A DNA stretch of 64,000 nucleotides from a bacterium (GCA_963669175.1 OY769902.1:1952001-2016000), one strand, 5' to 3'; counted from the first letter of the stretch, positions 50,513 through 60,605 are shown. A program made the numbers and translations. Notes: generated by a model not told the origin, from the letters alone.

Positions 50513-51766
50513 ATGCCAGTCTTTACGTACATCGTAACAGAACCGGATGGCAGCAGGCGAGAAGATCGTTTGCGTGCCGCCAACTACGAAGCAGCTTGGG
50601 AACAATTAACCAAGCGAGGCGCAAAGATTGTGTCGCTGCGGGAGCTCAAGGTTCGTGAGCAGGCGCAGTCAGCTTCGATTGTAGACCAGGTATCGACAGC
50701 GATTTATCGCTTGAAAACCCGTGTGCCGCTGGGCAACAAAGTGTTCTTTACACGCCAGTTGTCCACCATGTTCTCCGCAGGTTTGACGATTGAAAAGTCC
50801 ATCGTGAACCTGATGCAGGAGGAAAAGCACGCTGGATTTAAAAAGACCCTTGCACAAGTTGCAAATGATCTGAAAAAAGGCAAGTCGCTTTCTGATGCGT
50901 TGGGTGAACATCCCGGTGTGTTTGAACCGCTATATATTGCACTTGTGAATGCAGGTGAAATTTCCGGTTCTTTGCACGTCGTTTTGCAGCAACTCAGTGA
51001 TTATCTTGAATCGGTTGCTGACACAAGGCGGAAAATTGTATCAGCCTTGTCGTATCCGACATTTGTCGTCATCTTCATGGTTGCAATTCTTACCCTGCTG
51101 ATCGTGTGGGTTGTGCCGAAGTTTACGAACATTTATTCGTCCTTCGGCGCTGAATTGCCCTGGCAGACAAAGCTGTTGGTGAACGTGAGTGAAACAGTCA
51201 GTACACACTTCGTAGAGTTTGCCGGTTTGAGCTTGATTGTGCTCTTCTTCCTGTGGATTCTTACGTTGACGGAAAAGGGTGGTATTGCCTGGGACACTTT
51301 CCGGATGAATTTCCCTGTGCTTGGTCAGTTGCACAGAGATTCCATGATGACCCGTTTTGCCAAAACATTTGGCATTCTGATGGGCGCTGGTGTGCCGGTG
51401 TTGGAAGCGCTGAACCACAGCAAGGGCGTTGTTGGAAATCGTGTCGTTGCCCGAGCGATTGAAAACTCGAAATCAATGATTCGAGATGGTTTTGCCATTT
51501 CGGTAGCATTGAAAAAGACGAAAGCTTTTCCATCCACCCTTATCCAGCTTATTGCAACCGGTGAAGATACTGGTGAAATGGATCAGTTGCTGGAGCGTGC
51601 TGCATACTTCTACGAGAAACAGGTTGAAGCTGTTGTGGAACGTCTTACCAGTTTGATTCAGCCTCTGATGATTATTATGCTGGGTGGTATGGTTGTTGTC
51701 ATTGTTGTATCGATTTACATGCCTATCTTTAAGATTGGTCAGGCGTTGCGTGCAGGGCTTGGTTGA
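50513..51766 (+). CDS. pilC: type IV pilus platform protein PilC/GspF
   Basis: FTRQLSTMFSAG, AGEISGSL, ALSYP, GEDTGEMD, YMPIF. Confidence 0.95.
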   Translation: MPVFTYIVTEPDGSRREDRLRAANYEAAWEQLTKRGAKIVSLRELKVREQAQSASIVDQVSTAIYRLKTRVPLGNKVFFTRQLSTMFSAGLTIEKSIVNLMQEEKHAGFKKTLAQVANDLKKGKSLSDALGEHPGVFEPLYIALVNAGEISGSLHVVLQQLSDYLESVADTRRKIVSALSYPTFVVIFMVAILTLLIVWVVPKFTNIYSSFGAELPWQTKLLVNVSETVSTHFVEFAGLSLIVLFFLWILTLTEKGGIAWDTFRMNFPVLGQLHRDSMMTRFAKTFGILMGAGVPVLEALNHSKGVVGNRVVARAIENSKSMIRDGFAISVALKKTKAFPSTLIQLIATGEDTGEMDQLLERAAYFYEKQVEAVVERLTSLIQPLMIIMLGGMVVVIVVSIYMPIFKIGQALRAGLG

Positions 51767-51840
51767 TCAGGGATATGGTGTTCGCCAGATTACTACAGGG
51801 GCGATGAAGATCGCCCCTTTCTTATGTCGGAGAAATAGCC

Positions 51841-52659
51841 ATGCCAGCATCGTGGCTTGAGGAAATTCCGCTTTGGATGTTCATGATCTTTGCCGGGCTG
51901 CTGGGGGCAGGTGTCGGTAGTTTCCTGAACGTGCTTATTCATCGGGTTCCACGCGCAGAATCAATTGTCAAGCCGGGATCGCATTGCCCCGTGTGTAACA
52001 GGGCGATCAAGCCATGGAATAATATCCCATTGTTGTCCTGGTTATTGCTGGGTGGTAGGTGTCCGGATTGTAAAACGAAAATTCCGATTCGGTATTTCCT
52101 GGTCGAGCTGGCTGGTATTATTGTCGCCATATGGCCACTTTGGTTATTCGGACCTTCGCTTGATGCGGTCGGGGGGATGTTACTTGGCTGGCATTTGATC
52201 GCGATTGCGGTAATTGACCTGGAGACGCTTACAATCCCGGATCATCTTGTGCTGCCCATGGGCTTGTGCGGCCTGTTGTATTCCGGACTACGTGATGGTT
52301 GGACAGGGCTTGGCACATCTGTCCTGGCCGGAGTAATTGGCGCTGCGTTTCCTTTGCTGATTTTATTGATATCCCGTGTTATCATGCGACGTGAAGGTGT
52401 CGGGAGTGGTGATGTCACCATGTCCGCTGGTTTTTCAACCTACCTGCGTCCAGTCACAGTAGCTTTTTCACTGGCGATTGCAGCGGCGATGGCTGTGCTT
52501 GGGTCCGTTCTGTTTGCCATATTCCGGAAAAAATCTTTGCGCGGTCGTGAGATCCCCTTTGGGCCATGGTTAGCGCTGGGGGCATGGATATCTTACCTGT
52601 ACGGTGAGCAGATAGTGTGGTTATATGTGACTTATGTGCTGGAGCGTGTAATGGGCTAA
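51841..52659 (+). CDS. pilD: prepilin peptidase/methyltransferase PilD
   Basis: GSFLNVLIHRVP, SHCPVC, GRCPDC, catalytic IDL and GSGD, IPFGPWL. Confidence 0.95.
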   Translation: MPASWLEEIPLWMFMIFAGLLGAGVGSFLNVLIHRVPRAESIVKPGSHCPVCNRAIKPWNNIPLLSWLLLGGRCPDCKTKIPIRYFLVELAGIIVAIWPLWLFGPSLDAVGGMLLGWHLIAIAVIDLETLTIPDHLVLPMGLCGLLYSGLRDGWTGLGTSVLAGVIGAAFPLLILLISRVIMRREGVGSGDVTMSAGFSTYLRPVTVAFSLAIAAAMAVLGSVLFAIFRKKSLRGREIPFGPWLALGAWISYLYGEQIVWLYVTYVLERVMG

Positions 52660-52846
52660 ATACCTCATTCTCAAGCTTTACATGGCAATGTAATTGCCGT
52701 ATTTTATAAAGATTGAAGGTTTGGGTTTCGGTTGGTGAGAAGAGAAGAGAAACATAGTAACGCTGACGAGATTTCGGTTTGTGTATCCCTGTTGGGTGGG
52801 CAAGGCACATTCTGAAATTTTGTCGCAAGGGTCAATTGGAGGAAGC

Positions 52847-54949
52847 ATGAAGCGAGTTGGTCTTGCCGTTTTTACTGTCCTGCTGCTTGGGTCATTAGTT
52901 GGCGCCTCGACGATAGTATCGAGCCCGAAAGTCTCGATTGAAGAAGCGACCAATCAGATGATCAGTGACGCAGCGACAAACGTTCCCGCCTACGCACCCG
53001 GCCTGCCCGCCGGTATAGCAGAGCTGGACGAAATTCTTGGGGATACCGTGCATGTTGGATTCACCTATTGGGAATCACAGCACAACGGTACCTGTGGCCG
53101 CAATATTGGTTATTATAATGTCGGCGTGCCTACTGTACTCATGACATGGACATGTCTGGAATCATCCAACGGCGCCCGTCATGTACGTTTTAACCGCATC
53201 ACTGATGACGGTGGCGCATTTGTAGTTGAAGAACCTGCCGGTTACATTGTAGATGCATCCAACCGTGCCGGCTACACCAGCATGGCCTACAATGCCGCTG
53301 ATGGCCAGCCTTTTCCCGGGTACCATGCAATGGCCTCGGCAGATGCCGATGCAGAGTCGCAGATTGCTGCTGAATGGAATGTTTTCCCAGGTGTCTTCAA
53401 CGCAACAGCTCTTCCTGAATACGGTGAATTTCCGCACATCTGGCCGAAGGTTGCCTTTGCTGACTACCAGGGTACTCCCTACATGCATTCAGTGACAAGC
53501 ATGAGCCGTGAAGATGATGCGTCTGCCGCCATGGAGATTCTTTATTCACGTGCTGAGTACAACGCTGCTACTTATTCCTTCGTCGCACCTGAAGAGCAGG
53601 TATTGGTGACGGATAACGGCATGAATATTTCTGCCGATGTCGCTGTTAACGATGATGGTAGCATGGTCGCTATTGCCCAGACCTGGAGCCGTGACTATGA
53701 GTATCACCCGGAAGATGATCCATCACAGATGAACAACGACATCATGTTGTGGATCAGCACCGATGGCGGTACATCATGGGATTGGGACAACCCGATCAAC
53801 GTAACAGATTTTGCCATGCCAAACCCGGATTTCCTCCCGGATTCACTGGCGGCTGATGTTGATACATTCCGTGCCTATACCGATGTAAATGTTTATATTG
53901 ACCATGAAAACATTGTCCACGTTGCTTTCACAGCGCCTGGATATTTCTTCTACGAAGGCACCATCACCTATACTGCATACATCTTCCATTGGGACAACGC
54001 GACCAATGATGTGTCCGTGTTGGCCGATGGTACTTTCTGGAACTTTGTACAGCCGGGCGCCTGGCAGCGTCAGGTAGGCCGTCCGAGCATGTATCAGGAT
54101 CCTGAAACCAAGATTCTGTGGTGTGTATTCCAGAGTTACGGTGAAGAAGGCTGGTATGATCCGGTAGATTCAACCCAGTATGACCGAAGTGACGATGGTT
54201 TCTCAAATGGTGAAATCATGGTTGTTGCCAGCCCGCCGAATGGCGACGAGGCCGGTCAGGACTGGTATGGTCACCTCTGGACCAAGCCGGTGAATATCAC
54301 CAATAGCTGGGGCACCAACGGTGAACAGACTCCGAACAACCAGCTCGTAGCCGGTGAATGCCGCAACGAACGTGAACCTACCCTGTCCCTGAACAATGAT
54401 GGCGCATACCTGCACATCAACTACGTCCTCGACCTGGATGCCGGTTTTGTCGTTCAGGAAGAAGGCGAATACACAAACAACCCGGTAGTATATCATCGTG
54501 TGGCCAAGCTTGACCTGATGGATGCGTTTGATGGTTGGGTACGGAACTACCCGATGCACGCCGATTCAGCCGGTTACTGGCACGATCCCTACGATTTCGC
54601 ATGGGTCCCCGATGGCACAAATTGGACAAGTGCATTCTTCCGTGGTGAAGATACAGGCGTTGACGAGTCTGAGAATCTGCAGCCCAGCGAGTTTGAGCTG
54701 TCTCAGAACTATCCGAACCCGTTCAACCCGACAACCATGTTGAATTTCAGCCTGGCGAAGCGTGGGCACGTTCAGTTGGCCGTGTATGATGTGTTGGGTC
54801 GTGAAGTTGCCACTTTGGTCAACCGTAGCATGAGCCCGGGCCAGCACGCTGTCACGTTCGATGGCAGCAGCCTCGCCAGTGGCGTCTACTTCGTCAAAAT
54901 GACCTCCGGTAACAATACCAAGAGCATCAAGATGGTCCTGATGAAGTAA
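52847..54949 (+). CDS. secreted protein with Asp-box/beta-propeller-like core and T9SS type A C-terminal sorting domain
   Basis: Signal peptide; ISTDGGTSWDW Asp-box; tail LSQNYPNPFNPTT...LASGVYFVKM...KMVLMK. Confidence 0.85.
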   Translation: MKRVGLAVFTVLLLGSLVGASTIVSSPKVSIEEATNQMISDAATNVPAYAPGLPAGIAELDEILGDTVHVGFTYWESQHNGTCGRNIGYYNVGVPTVLMTWTCLESSNGARHVRFNRITDDGGAFVVEEPAGYIVDASNRAGYTSMAYNAADGQPFPGYHAMASADADAESQIAAEWNVFPGVFNATALPEYGEFPHIWPKVAFADYQGTPYMHSVTSMSREDDASAAMEILYSRAEYNAATYSFVAPEEQVLVTDNGMNISADVAVNDDGSMVAIAQTWSRDYEYHPEDDPSQMNNDIMLWISTDGGTSWDWDNPINVTDFAMPNPDFLPDSLAADVDTFRAYTDVNVYIDHENIVHVAFTAPGYFFYEGTITYTAYIFHWDNATNDVSVLADGTFWNFVQPGAWQRQVGRPSMYQDPETKILWCVFQSYGEEGWYDPVDSTQYDRSDDGFSNGEIMVVASPPNGDEAGQDWYGHLWTKPVNITNSWGTNGEQTPNNQLVAGECRNEREPTLSLNNDGAYLHINYVLDLDAGFVVQEEGEYTNNPVVYHRVAKLDLMDAFDGWVRNYPMHADSAGYWHDPYDFAWVPDGTNWTSAFFRGEDTGVDESENLQPSEFELSQNYPNPFNPTTMLNFSLAKRGHVQLAVYDVLGREVATLVNRSMSPGQHAVTFDGSSLASGVYFVKMTSGNNTKSIKMVLMK

Positions 54950-54972
54950 TCTCAGTTTCGAGAGATTTCGTG

Positions 54973-54999
54973 GGGGACGGATTATTCCGTCCCCTTTTT
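54973..54999 (+). terminator. intrinsic terminator
   Basis: GGGGACGGA-TTAT-TCCGTCCCC plus T-tract. Confidence 0.75.
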
Positions 55000-55172
55000 C
55001 TTGCGAGCAGGCAGGAATCACACGGAAAAGGTGACAGTTTCCTTTTCCATGAATGCTGCAAGCGTATGCTGTATGAGTCCGAGGAAAAGGATCCCGTCCC
55101 CTTTTCCCGGCAATCTCATTATGACGGAATAAATTCGAGAACAGTAATACTTGCTTATGGTATTTTTTTTTG

Positions 55173-55505
55173 GGTTCCTCACAAGAATTTGTGTATCCGG
55201 GCAATGTTGTGGCAGGTCTTGACGCGACTTTCCGTTTTCAGCTTTCGCTATGTTTTCCTGGATGCACGATGATACTGAAACCACCTCGCGTCCTGTTATT
55301 GTCGCGTTGTGACCTGCCACCGGTATCAGCACTCTCGCTGTCGTCAGGTCACAACGTGATGCCTGATGACCATCTATCATGCGAAATAGCAGCTGTGAAG
55401 TCGGACAGGTGTCTGAAATTGCGGAGAAGAACAAGAAAAAGGCATCACATCAAGACCTGACGAAACGTGCTCTTCGAAAGTATGCACAAATTCTTGTGAG
55501 CAGCC
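55173..55505. mobile_element. 333-bp MITE with ISL3/IS1595-like ends and 8-bp target duplication
   Basis: TTTTTTTG|GGTTCCTCACAAGAATTTGTGTAT...ATGCACAAATTCTTGTGAGCAGCC|TTTTTTTG; four internal CAGGTC-type repeats in alternating orientation. Confidence 0.85.
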
Positions 55506-55689
55506 TTTTTTTGTTTATTTATCTGCATTCATTGGATAGAACGTCCTACGGAGTAGATCCTCGCCTGCCAGACTGTAGCAGAATGCAAATGGAATTCATT
55601 CCCACGTATGTGGAACCGTCAGCTTGCGGTGTTCCGTCTTTTCGGGACAACCGTAAATCCAGTTATGTTTTAATATTACAATAGGTTAA

Positions 55690-56159
55690 CCCGAATATTT
55701 CACCAATGCAATTTCAAATTTGGTATTTGATGGAATGGCCAGTACAAGAACCACGGCAGTGGTTCTCTGTATTAGCCCACCGTCCAGCGCCGTCTGTTTG
55801 GCGCTCACGGTGGGAATAGGATGTACGCTACTTGCCAACCCCGGCAGCGGGTTGCCTGAATATTTCCACTGTATACTTTTGATAATTATCAGGTTACTCC
55901 TTCCGGAGTAAATATATGGTGCGCATTATCTCCCCGGGTAGCCGCCAAACTGACGGCGGCTGCCCGGGGCTAATACAGGTTGCCCCTGCCGGGGCGGTTG
56001 CCGATTCTCAGCCTATTTTGCCAGCGAAACAGGGAATAGACACGCAAAGGGATACCGGAGCAAACTGTCCCCTGAAAAATGCTGTATGAATCAGTTGTAT
56101 TGTGTTGATATGAACTGTGTTAAGATGAATATCCATGTTCCGTTCATGAAATATTCGGG
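55690..56159. mobile_element. 470-bp MITE (second copy), TTAA direct repeat
   Basis: TTAA|CCCGAATATTTCA...TGAAATATTCGGG|TTAA; reverse complement of 30583-31053. Confidence 0.92.
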
Positions 56160-56472
56160 TTAAGTATTCTCAAGAGGCGCGGTACATTGAGAAATGATTA
56201 TATACCCAACTTATTATTTTGTCGGTACTTGCCTGGATCCCCTTCTTCAAGGGGATGAAGTGTAGTCCATTCTGATCCGGTCCACTGGGGATGACTGTAT
56301 GCGCCATTGTTTTCGAGCATCGCCATATTTTCGGGGGAGACGATTCTGTTAAGTGCATGACAAGACTGGCATATATGGTAACAGAGAGTGTAACTTACCA
56401 TGTTTTTAAGATTCATCCCCTTGGTGTTGATCAATTTTGTCCACCAACAACCATTTTGCACGGGAGGCATAG

Positions 56473-58722
56473 ATGCCCTTGCGTCATATTTTTGTCATTC
56501 TGGCCTGTTTTATTTTACTGACTTCCACAGCGATTTCGCAGCCGGAAAGTCTGACCATGGAGTTCTCCAGTTTTACCAGGCTACATTATCAACAGGCATA
56601 TGACCTTGCTATTGTTGAATACGAGGATAGTGATGGTTACGTATTCATGGGGTGCGAGGATCCGGGTTTACTCATTCTGGACTATAACACTTGGCGTCAA
56701 CCGATCATTGGTGAATATGACTTTGAAGCAACAGACGCTTTTGTTCAGGTCGAAGCTGAGCCGCTGGCTCAGGAAGGCGATGCGCGTATATTTGTCCATG
56801 TGCAGGGTGATGGGGTGTACGCATTTGATTTCGATGGTACAACGCTTGAGCAGGTGGGGTATACAGATGCCATACCGAACGTCAATGACATGACGCTTGT
56901 TGACGACATTCTCTATCTTGCGGTTCCTGATTCAGGAGTTGTTGTTTATGATGTTGCAGATCCCGCGAGCATGGAATGGCAAGCCACTTGGGATATAGAG
57001 TCTGGAGAAGTCATTGCCCTGGCCATATTCAGTTCAGCAGCATCTGTTTTAAGTCTGGACGGAACCACTGTAACATTAACGCTTTTGGGAATTAGTGATC
57101 CAACGGATCCGAGTGTTTGGGGTGTTGCGGGAACAGATGTTGCAAATAACAGCGGGATAGGCTCAGTAGACATGAATAGCGCTGCCATATTCATTGGCTA
57201 CGACAACTATGTTTTCTCGTACACATACGGTAACGGTACAGCTCCCTCATTCGCGGATGACTTGAACCTGGCTTTGGTTAGCACGATATATCAATTACGC
57301 GAAATGAACGACTATGTATACGTGGCGTCCGGTGATGGCGGGATGAGGGTTGTCATTGCGAATAACCCGACCAATATTACTCAGGTTGCCAACTTTAATC
57401 CCTTATCTGGGGCAAACTTTGTTTGCCTGGATACAAAGGAAAATTATGTATTTCTTGCCGATGATTTTGACGGCTTTTTCAATGTTTACGTGACCATGCC
57501 GAATCGTCCTTCCGGTTTTGCACGCAGTCGACCTTTTGGTATCGCCAGCAATGTCTGGATTGATGGCGATGTAACGATCATGAAGGATGATTTCGGTGGG
57601 GTACGTTTTTTCAACATTGAAGATATTGCCGCTCCGGTTGACCTGAGTATTTACGCCTGTGAAAGTATCGCTGATATCGCGATGCGGGATGATCAGACGC
57701 TATACTTTTTGGATTCAGAGTCTGGATTGAAGCATATGGATTATAGTGATCCTGAATTCCCGGATGTTGAGAATGAGTTTGCATGTGAAGCAGGCGAAAT
57801 TCTCGCGCTGGATGCCTACAATGCCTATATCTGCACCAGTGAAGAACAAATGATAGTGCTCGACATGATTGATCCTGATACCGTGATCGTTGCTACTGAA
57901 ATCGCAACAGAAGGTATAGCGAACAAGGCAAGTGTGCATAACGGCCTGCTTTACATGTCCACGCACGATTCGGAACAGGAAAACGGAAGCATCAAGATAT
58001 GGGATATCGAAGAGCCATACTATCCGTTTGTAATCCAGGATATTGCTATAACAGATGGTTATTTTATGGACTACGAAGTTGAAACCAGTATGCTGTTGAC
58101 GTTACAGAAATACACAGAGCATTCATATTGGACTTTGAAAAGATTTAACGTGAACAATCCGCTTGAACCGTTCCTGGTTGATTCCCTGGTTTTTGATGAA
58201 GGGACGAGTGTGCCTTACAACATGGAACTGGTTGATGATATTGTTTTTATCGCTGCAGGAGATTCCGGGATATATGCCGTCAACCTGGTAAACGATTCCC
58301 TGATGCAGGCTGCCGGCCATATACTGACGAAAGATTGTGCATATGGGCTTGCTGTCTATGACAACGAAATCGTAGTGGCCGATGACAGGTATTTGACCAC
58401 GTTCACCTATACAATCGACAATGGTGTGGTGGAATTCGATTCAGAAAAGCTTCCGAGTGTATTCACGATCGAATCCGCATGGCCAAATCCTTTCAATCCT
58501 GTGGTTCAACTCGGCTTTACACTACCGGCCGCAAACACAGTGAATGTTACCGTGTTTGATCTTCTGGGACGTGAGGTTTATCATGAGGCGCTGGGGCAGC
58601 TTTCGACTGGCATGCACACTTTCAGTTGGGATGCAGCCAGTTTTGCTTCCGGACCATACTTTATATCATTGACTACCCCGACCGGGCAAACAGCAGCTCA
58701 ACGAGTCATGTTGTTGAAGTAG
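56473..58722 (+). CDS. LVIVD-repeat secreted protein with T9SS type A sorting domain
   Basis: Repeated LYLA...GVVVYDVADP / YVYVASGDGGMRVV units; tail AWPNPFNP...FASGPYFISL...RVMLLK. Confidence 0.85.
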   Translation: MPLRHIFVILACFILLTSTAISQPESLTMEFSSFTRLHYQQAYDLAIVEYEDSDGYVFMGCEDPGLLILDYNTWRQPIIGEYDFEATDAFVQVEAEPLAQEGDARIFVHVQGDGVYAFDFDGTTLEQVGYTDAIPNVNDMTLVDDILYLAVPDSGVVVYDVADPASMEWQATWDIESGEVIALAIFSSAASVLSLDGTTVTLTLLGISDPTDPSVWGVAGTDVANNSGIGSVDMNSAAIFIGYDNYVFSYTYGNGTAPSFADDLNLALVSTIYQLREMNDYVYVASGDGGMRVVIANNPTNITQVANFNPLSGANFVCLDTKENYVFLADDFDGFFNVYVTMPNRPSGFARSRPFGIASNVWIDGDVTIMKDDFGGVRFFNIEDIAAPVDLSIYACESIADIAMRDDQTLYFLDSESGLKHMDYSDPEFPDVENEFACEAGEILALDAYNAYICTSEEQMIVLDMIDPDTVIVATEIATEGIANKASVHNGLLYMSTHDSEQENGSIKIWDIEEPYYPFVIQDIAITDGYFMDYEVETSMLLTLQKYTEHSYWTLKRFNVNNPLEPFLVDSLVFDEGTSVPYNMELVDDIVFIAAGDSGIYAVNLVNDSLMQAAGHILTKDCAYGLAVYDNEIVVADDRYLTTFTYTIDNGVVEFDSEKLPSVFTIESAWPNPFNPVVQLGFTLPAANTVNVTVFDLLGREVYHEALGQLSTGMHTFSWDAASFASGPYFISLTTPTGQTAAQRVMLLK

Positions 58723-58733
58723 AAGTACATATG

Positions 58734-58763
58734 AACCCGGTCACCTCAAGTGACCGGGTTTTC
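58734..58763 (+). terminator. intrinsic terminator
   Basis: AACCCGGTCAC-CTCAA-GTGACCGGGTT plus T-rich tail. Confidence 0.75.
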
Positions 58764-58889
58764 TCTTTTCCGGGAAACTGAAAAGAGAAGAAGTTGTGGT
58801 GTTTATGAAAGCTTGAGCCTGAGTGATTGAATTGTTGCCAAAACGTATGAGCAATACGGGCACGACCAGACAGCAGACAGGGGGGGAAG

Positions 58890-59333
58890 ATGAGGCATGG
58901 CTACCAGGGGTTGCTCATCATTCTAGTTGTTGGAATGATGTTGTTTGCCGGGTGCGCGGGTGGGCAGGGCGGAAACAGCGCTATGGATGTTAAACCGCGA
59001 TTTGATGGCATATACCAGACACGTGAAATTACAAATTACCTTGGATACCTGCGATTTTTCCCGGATGGGACGTTGCTGTTTGCCACATTTCCCTTGACGG
59101 ACATTGTGCCGCGTGGCGATATGGAGACCTGGTTTGTTCCCGGTGGCGGGGTAGCGGATGCTTCACAGAGCGCCTGGCAGACTCAGGGTGATATTCTTGT
59201 CTTTACCTTGAACATGAATAATGCGGATTACCCGTGCGAGGCTGAGCTGGAAGGTGAAAGGATGTGGGTAACCATATCCGCGGATTTCAATCCCGAAGAC
59301 ACCATGTTTGACTTTAACCCATTCAATAATTGA
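58890..59333 (+). CDS. hypothetical lipoprotein
   Basis: Lipobox FAGC; FDGIYQ...YLRFFPDGTL shared with the next gene. Confidence 0.75.
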   Translation: MRHGYQGLLIILVVGMMLFAGCAGGQGGNSAMDVKPRFDGIYQTREITNYLGYLRFFPDGTLLFATFPLTDIVPRGDMETWFVPGGGVADASQSAWQTQGDILVFTLNMNNADYPCEAELEGERMWVTISADFNPEDTMFDFNPFNN

Positions 59334-59451
59334 ACTTCAGCGTTTTCACGCAATTGTAAAATCATCCTTGGGAGACGTTTACAGACGACTTTCTTCAATG
59401 TACCTTTGCTGATCAGGGCTCAGTTCAAGAGACAACAAACGGAGTGCTTTC

Positions 59452-59796
59452 ATGGCAGCCAACGGACTGCAATTCAACGGTGTGTACCAGGCGGAACCGG
59501 ACGAACATAGTGATTACAGTTTTATTCTTCGCTTTTTTGAAGATGGTACCGTTATCGGGATGAGTACTTTTGCAGAACCTGCCGAATACAAGGAATGGTT
59601 TGACAAGAGTAATTCAAAGATGGCGCGTGGCGAATATGCAGTAGATGGTGATAGCCTCGAGTTCAGACTGTTTCTTGGCGGACAGGGATGGGTCGAGTAC
59701 GAGGGTGCGATAAAAGACGAGATTCTCGAATTGCATGTCACCAGCAGGATAAATGACAACGAAGCAACCCGTGAGTATTCTTTCCTTGCCTGGTGA
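59452..59796 (+). CDS. hypothetical protein, paralogue of the upstream lipoprotein
   Basis: FNGVYQ...ILRFFEDGTV; GGAG RBS; no signal peptide. Confidence 0.75.
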   Translation: MAANGLQFNGVYQAEPDEHSDYSFILRFFEDGTVIGMSTFAEPAEYKEWFDKSNSKMARGEYAVDGDSLEFRLFLGGQGWVEYEGAIKDEILELHVTSRINDNEATREYSFLAW

Positions 59797-59981
59797 CAGG
59801 ATACTTTATTCATCAGAAACGGGACAAATTATTCCCAAAAACAACCTCTCCTGATTGGCGAGACGGGACAACGGAGAGTTATCTTTTCTCCTTAGTAATG
59901 TTCCAGGGGGGTTGGGAAAATGCATGTGGTTTTCTCTGTTGGGGAGACAGCAGAGACCGGGTGCATGTACCTTCATTTACC

Positions 59982-60010
59982 CTTGACTCAACTTTAATGA
60001 AGTTCTAACT
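59982..60010 (+). promoter_or_regulatory. sigma70-type promoter upstream of spoVG
   Basis: TTGACT-17 bp-TAACTT. Confidence 0.45.
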
Positions 60011-60190
60011 TTGATGCTTTGTTACACGTACGTCCTCACGAATTGAATGCCTGTTGCGACATAACGTTGAGGGGCGTTATTGCCAGCGTGACGTACGTTC
60101 GAATGAAGAGCTACCCAAGTAAAAGGTCAAGGCTCTTACTCGATGTATGGGTACGAGAGCAGGTCGGAAAACGGGCGTCAGGGAGTTGCT

Positions 60191-60481
60191 ATGCAGATTA
60201 CTGAGATTAACATCAACCTGCGGGACGAAGAGAAGCTGAAAGCCTTCGTGAACATCACGTTTGATGATGTATTTGTTGTACGTGGGTTGAAGGTGATTGA
60301 AGGTGGGCAAGGTTTGTTTGTGTGTATGCCTTCACGAAAGCTGCCGGATGGGACATTCAAGGATATAGCTCATCCGATCAGCAATGAATTTCGCAACGAA
60401 ATCGAAGCGCAGATTCTTGAGGTTTACAACAAGCTGCGCGAAGAAAACAAAACCGGGATGCATCGGGTACAGGAATTCTGA
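60191..60481 (+). CDS. spoVG: septation regulator SpoVG
   Basis: MQITEI..KLKAFVNITFDDVFVVRGLKVIEG..GLFVCMPSRK..DIAHPI. Confidence 0.95.
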   Translation: MQITEININLRDEEKLKAFVNITFDDVFVVRGLKVIEGGQGLFVCMPSRKLPDGTFKDIAHPISNEFRNEIEAQILEVYNKLREENKTGMHRVQEF

Positions 60482-60605
60482 GGCATCCGGTAACTATCTG
60501 ATTCAGCGCGGAGTAGAAGCGCATCAAGGACATCTAAGTCTTTTCGGCTGATGTCCCGGGGCGGCGAGTACGAGCGGAGTGTATCCGATTGTGCCATAAA
60601 GGCTT

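Noticed and set aside
51771-51820. Fluoride-riboswitch-like ATGGTGTTCGCC before pilD
   Set aside because: The 5' pairing strand and downstream conserved elements are missing and the gene context is wrong; the region is explained by a simple hairpin.
60015-60190. Structured spoVG leader as a known ncRNA such as 6S
   Set aside because: Several local hairpins are present but I could not match a known family by eye; an Rfam scan would be needed.
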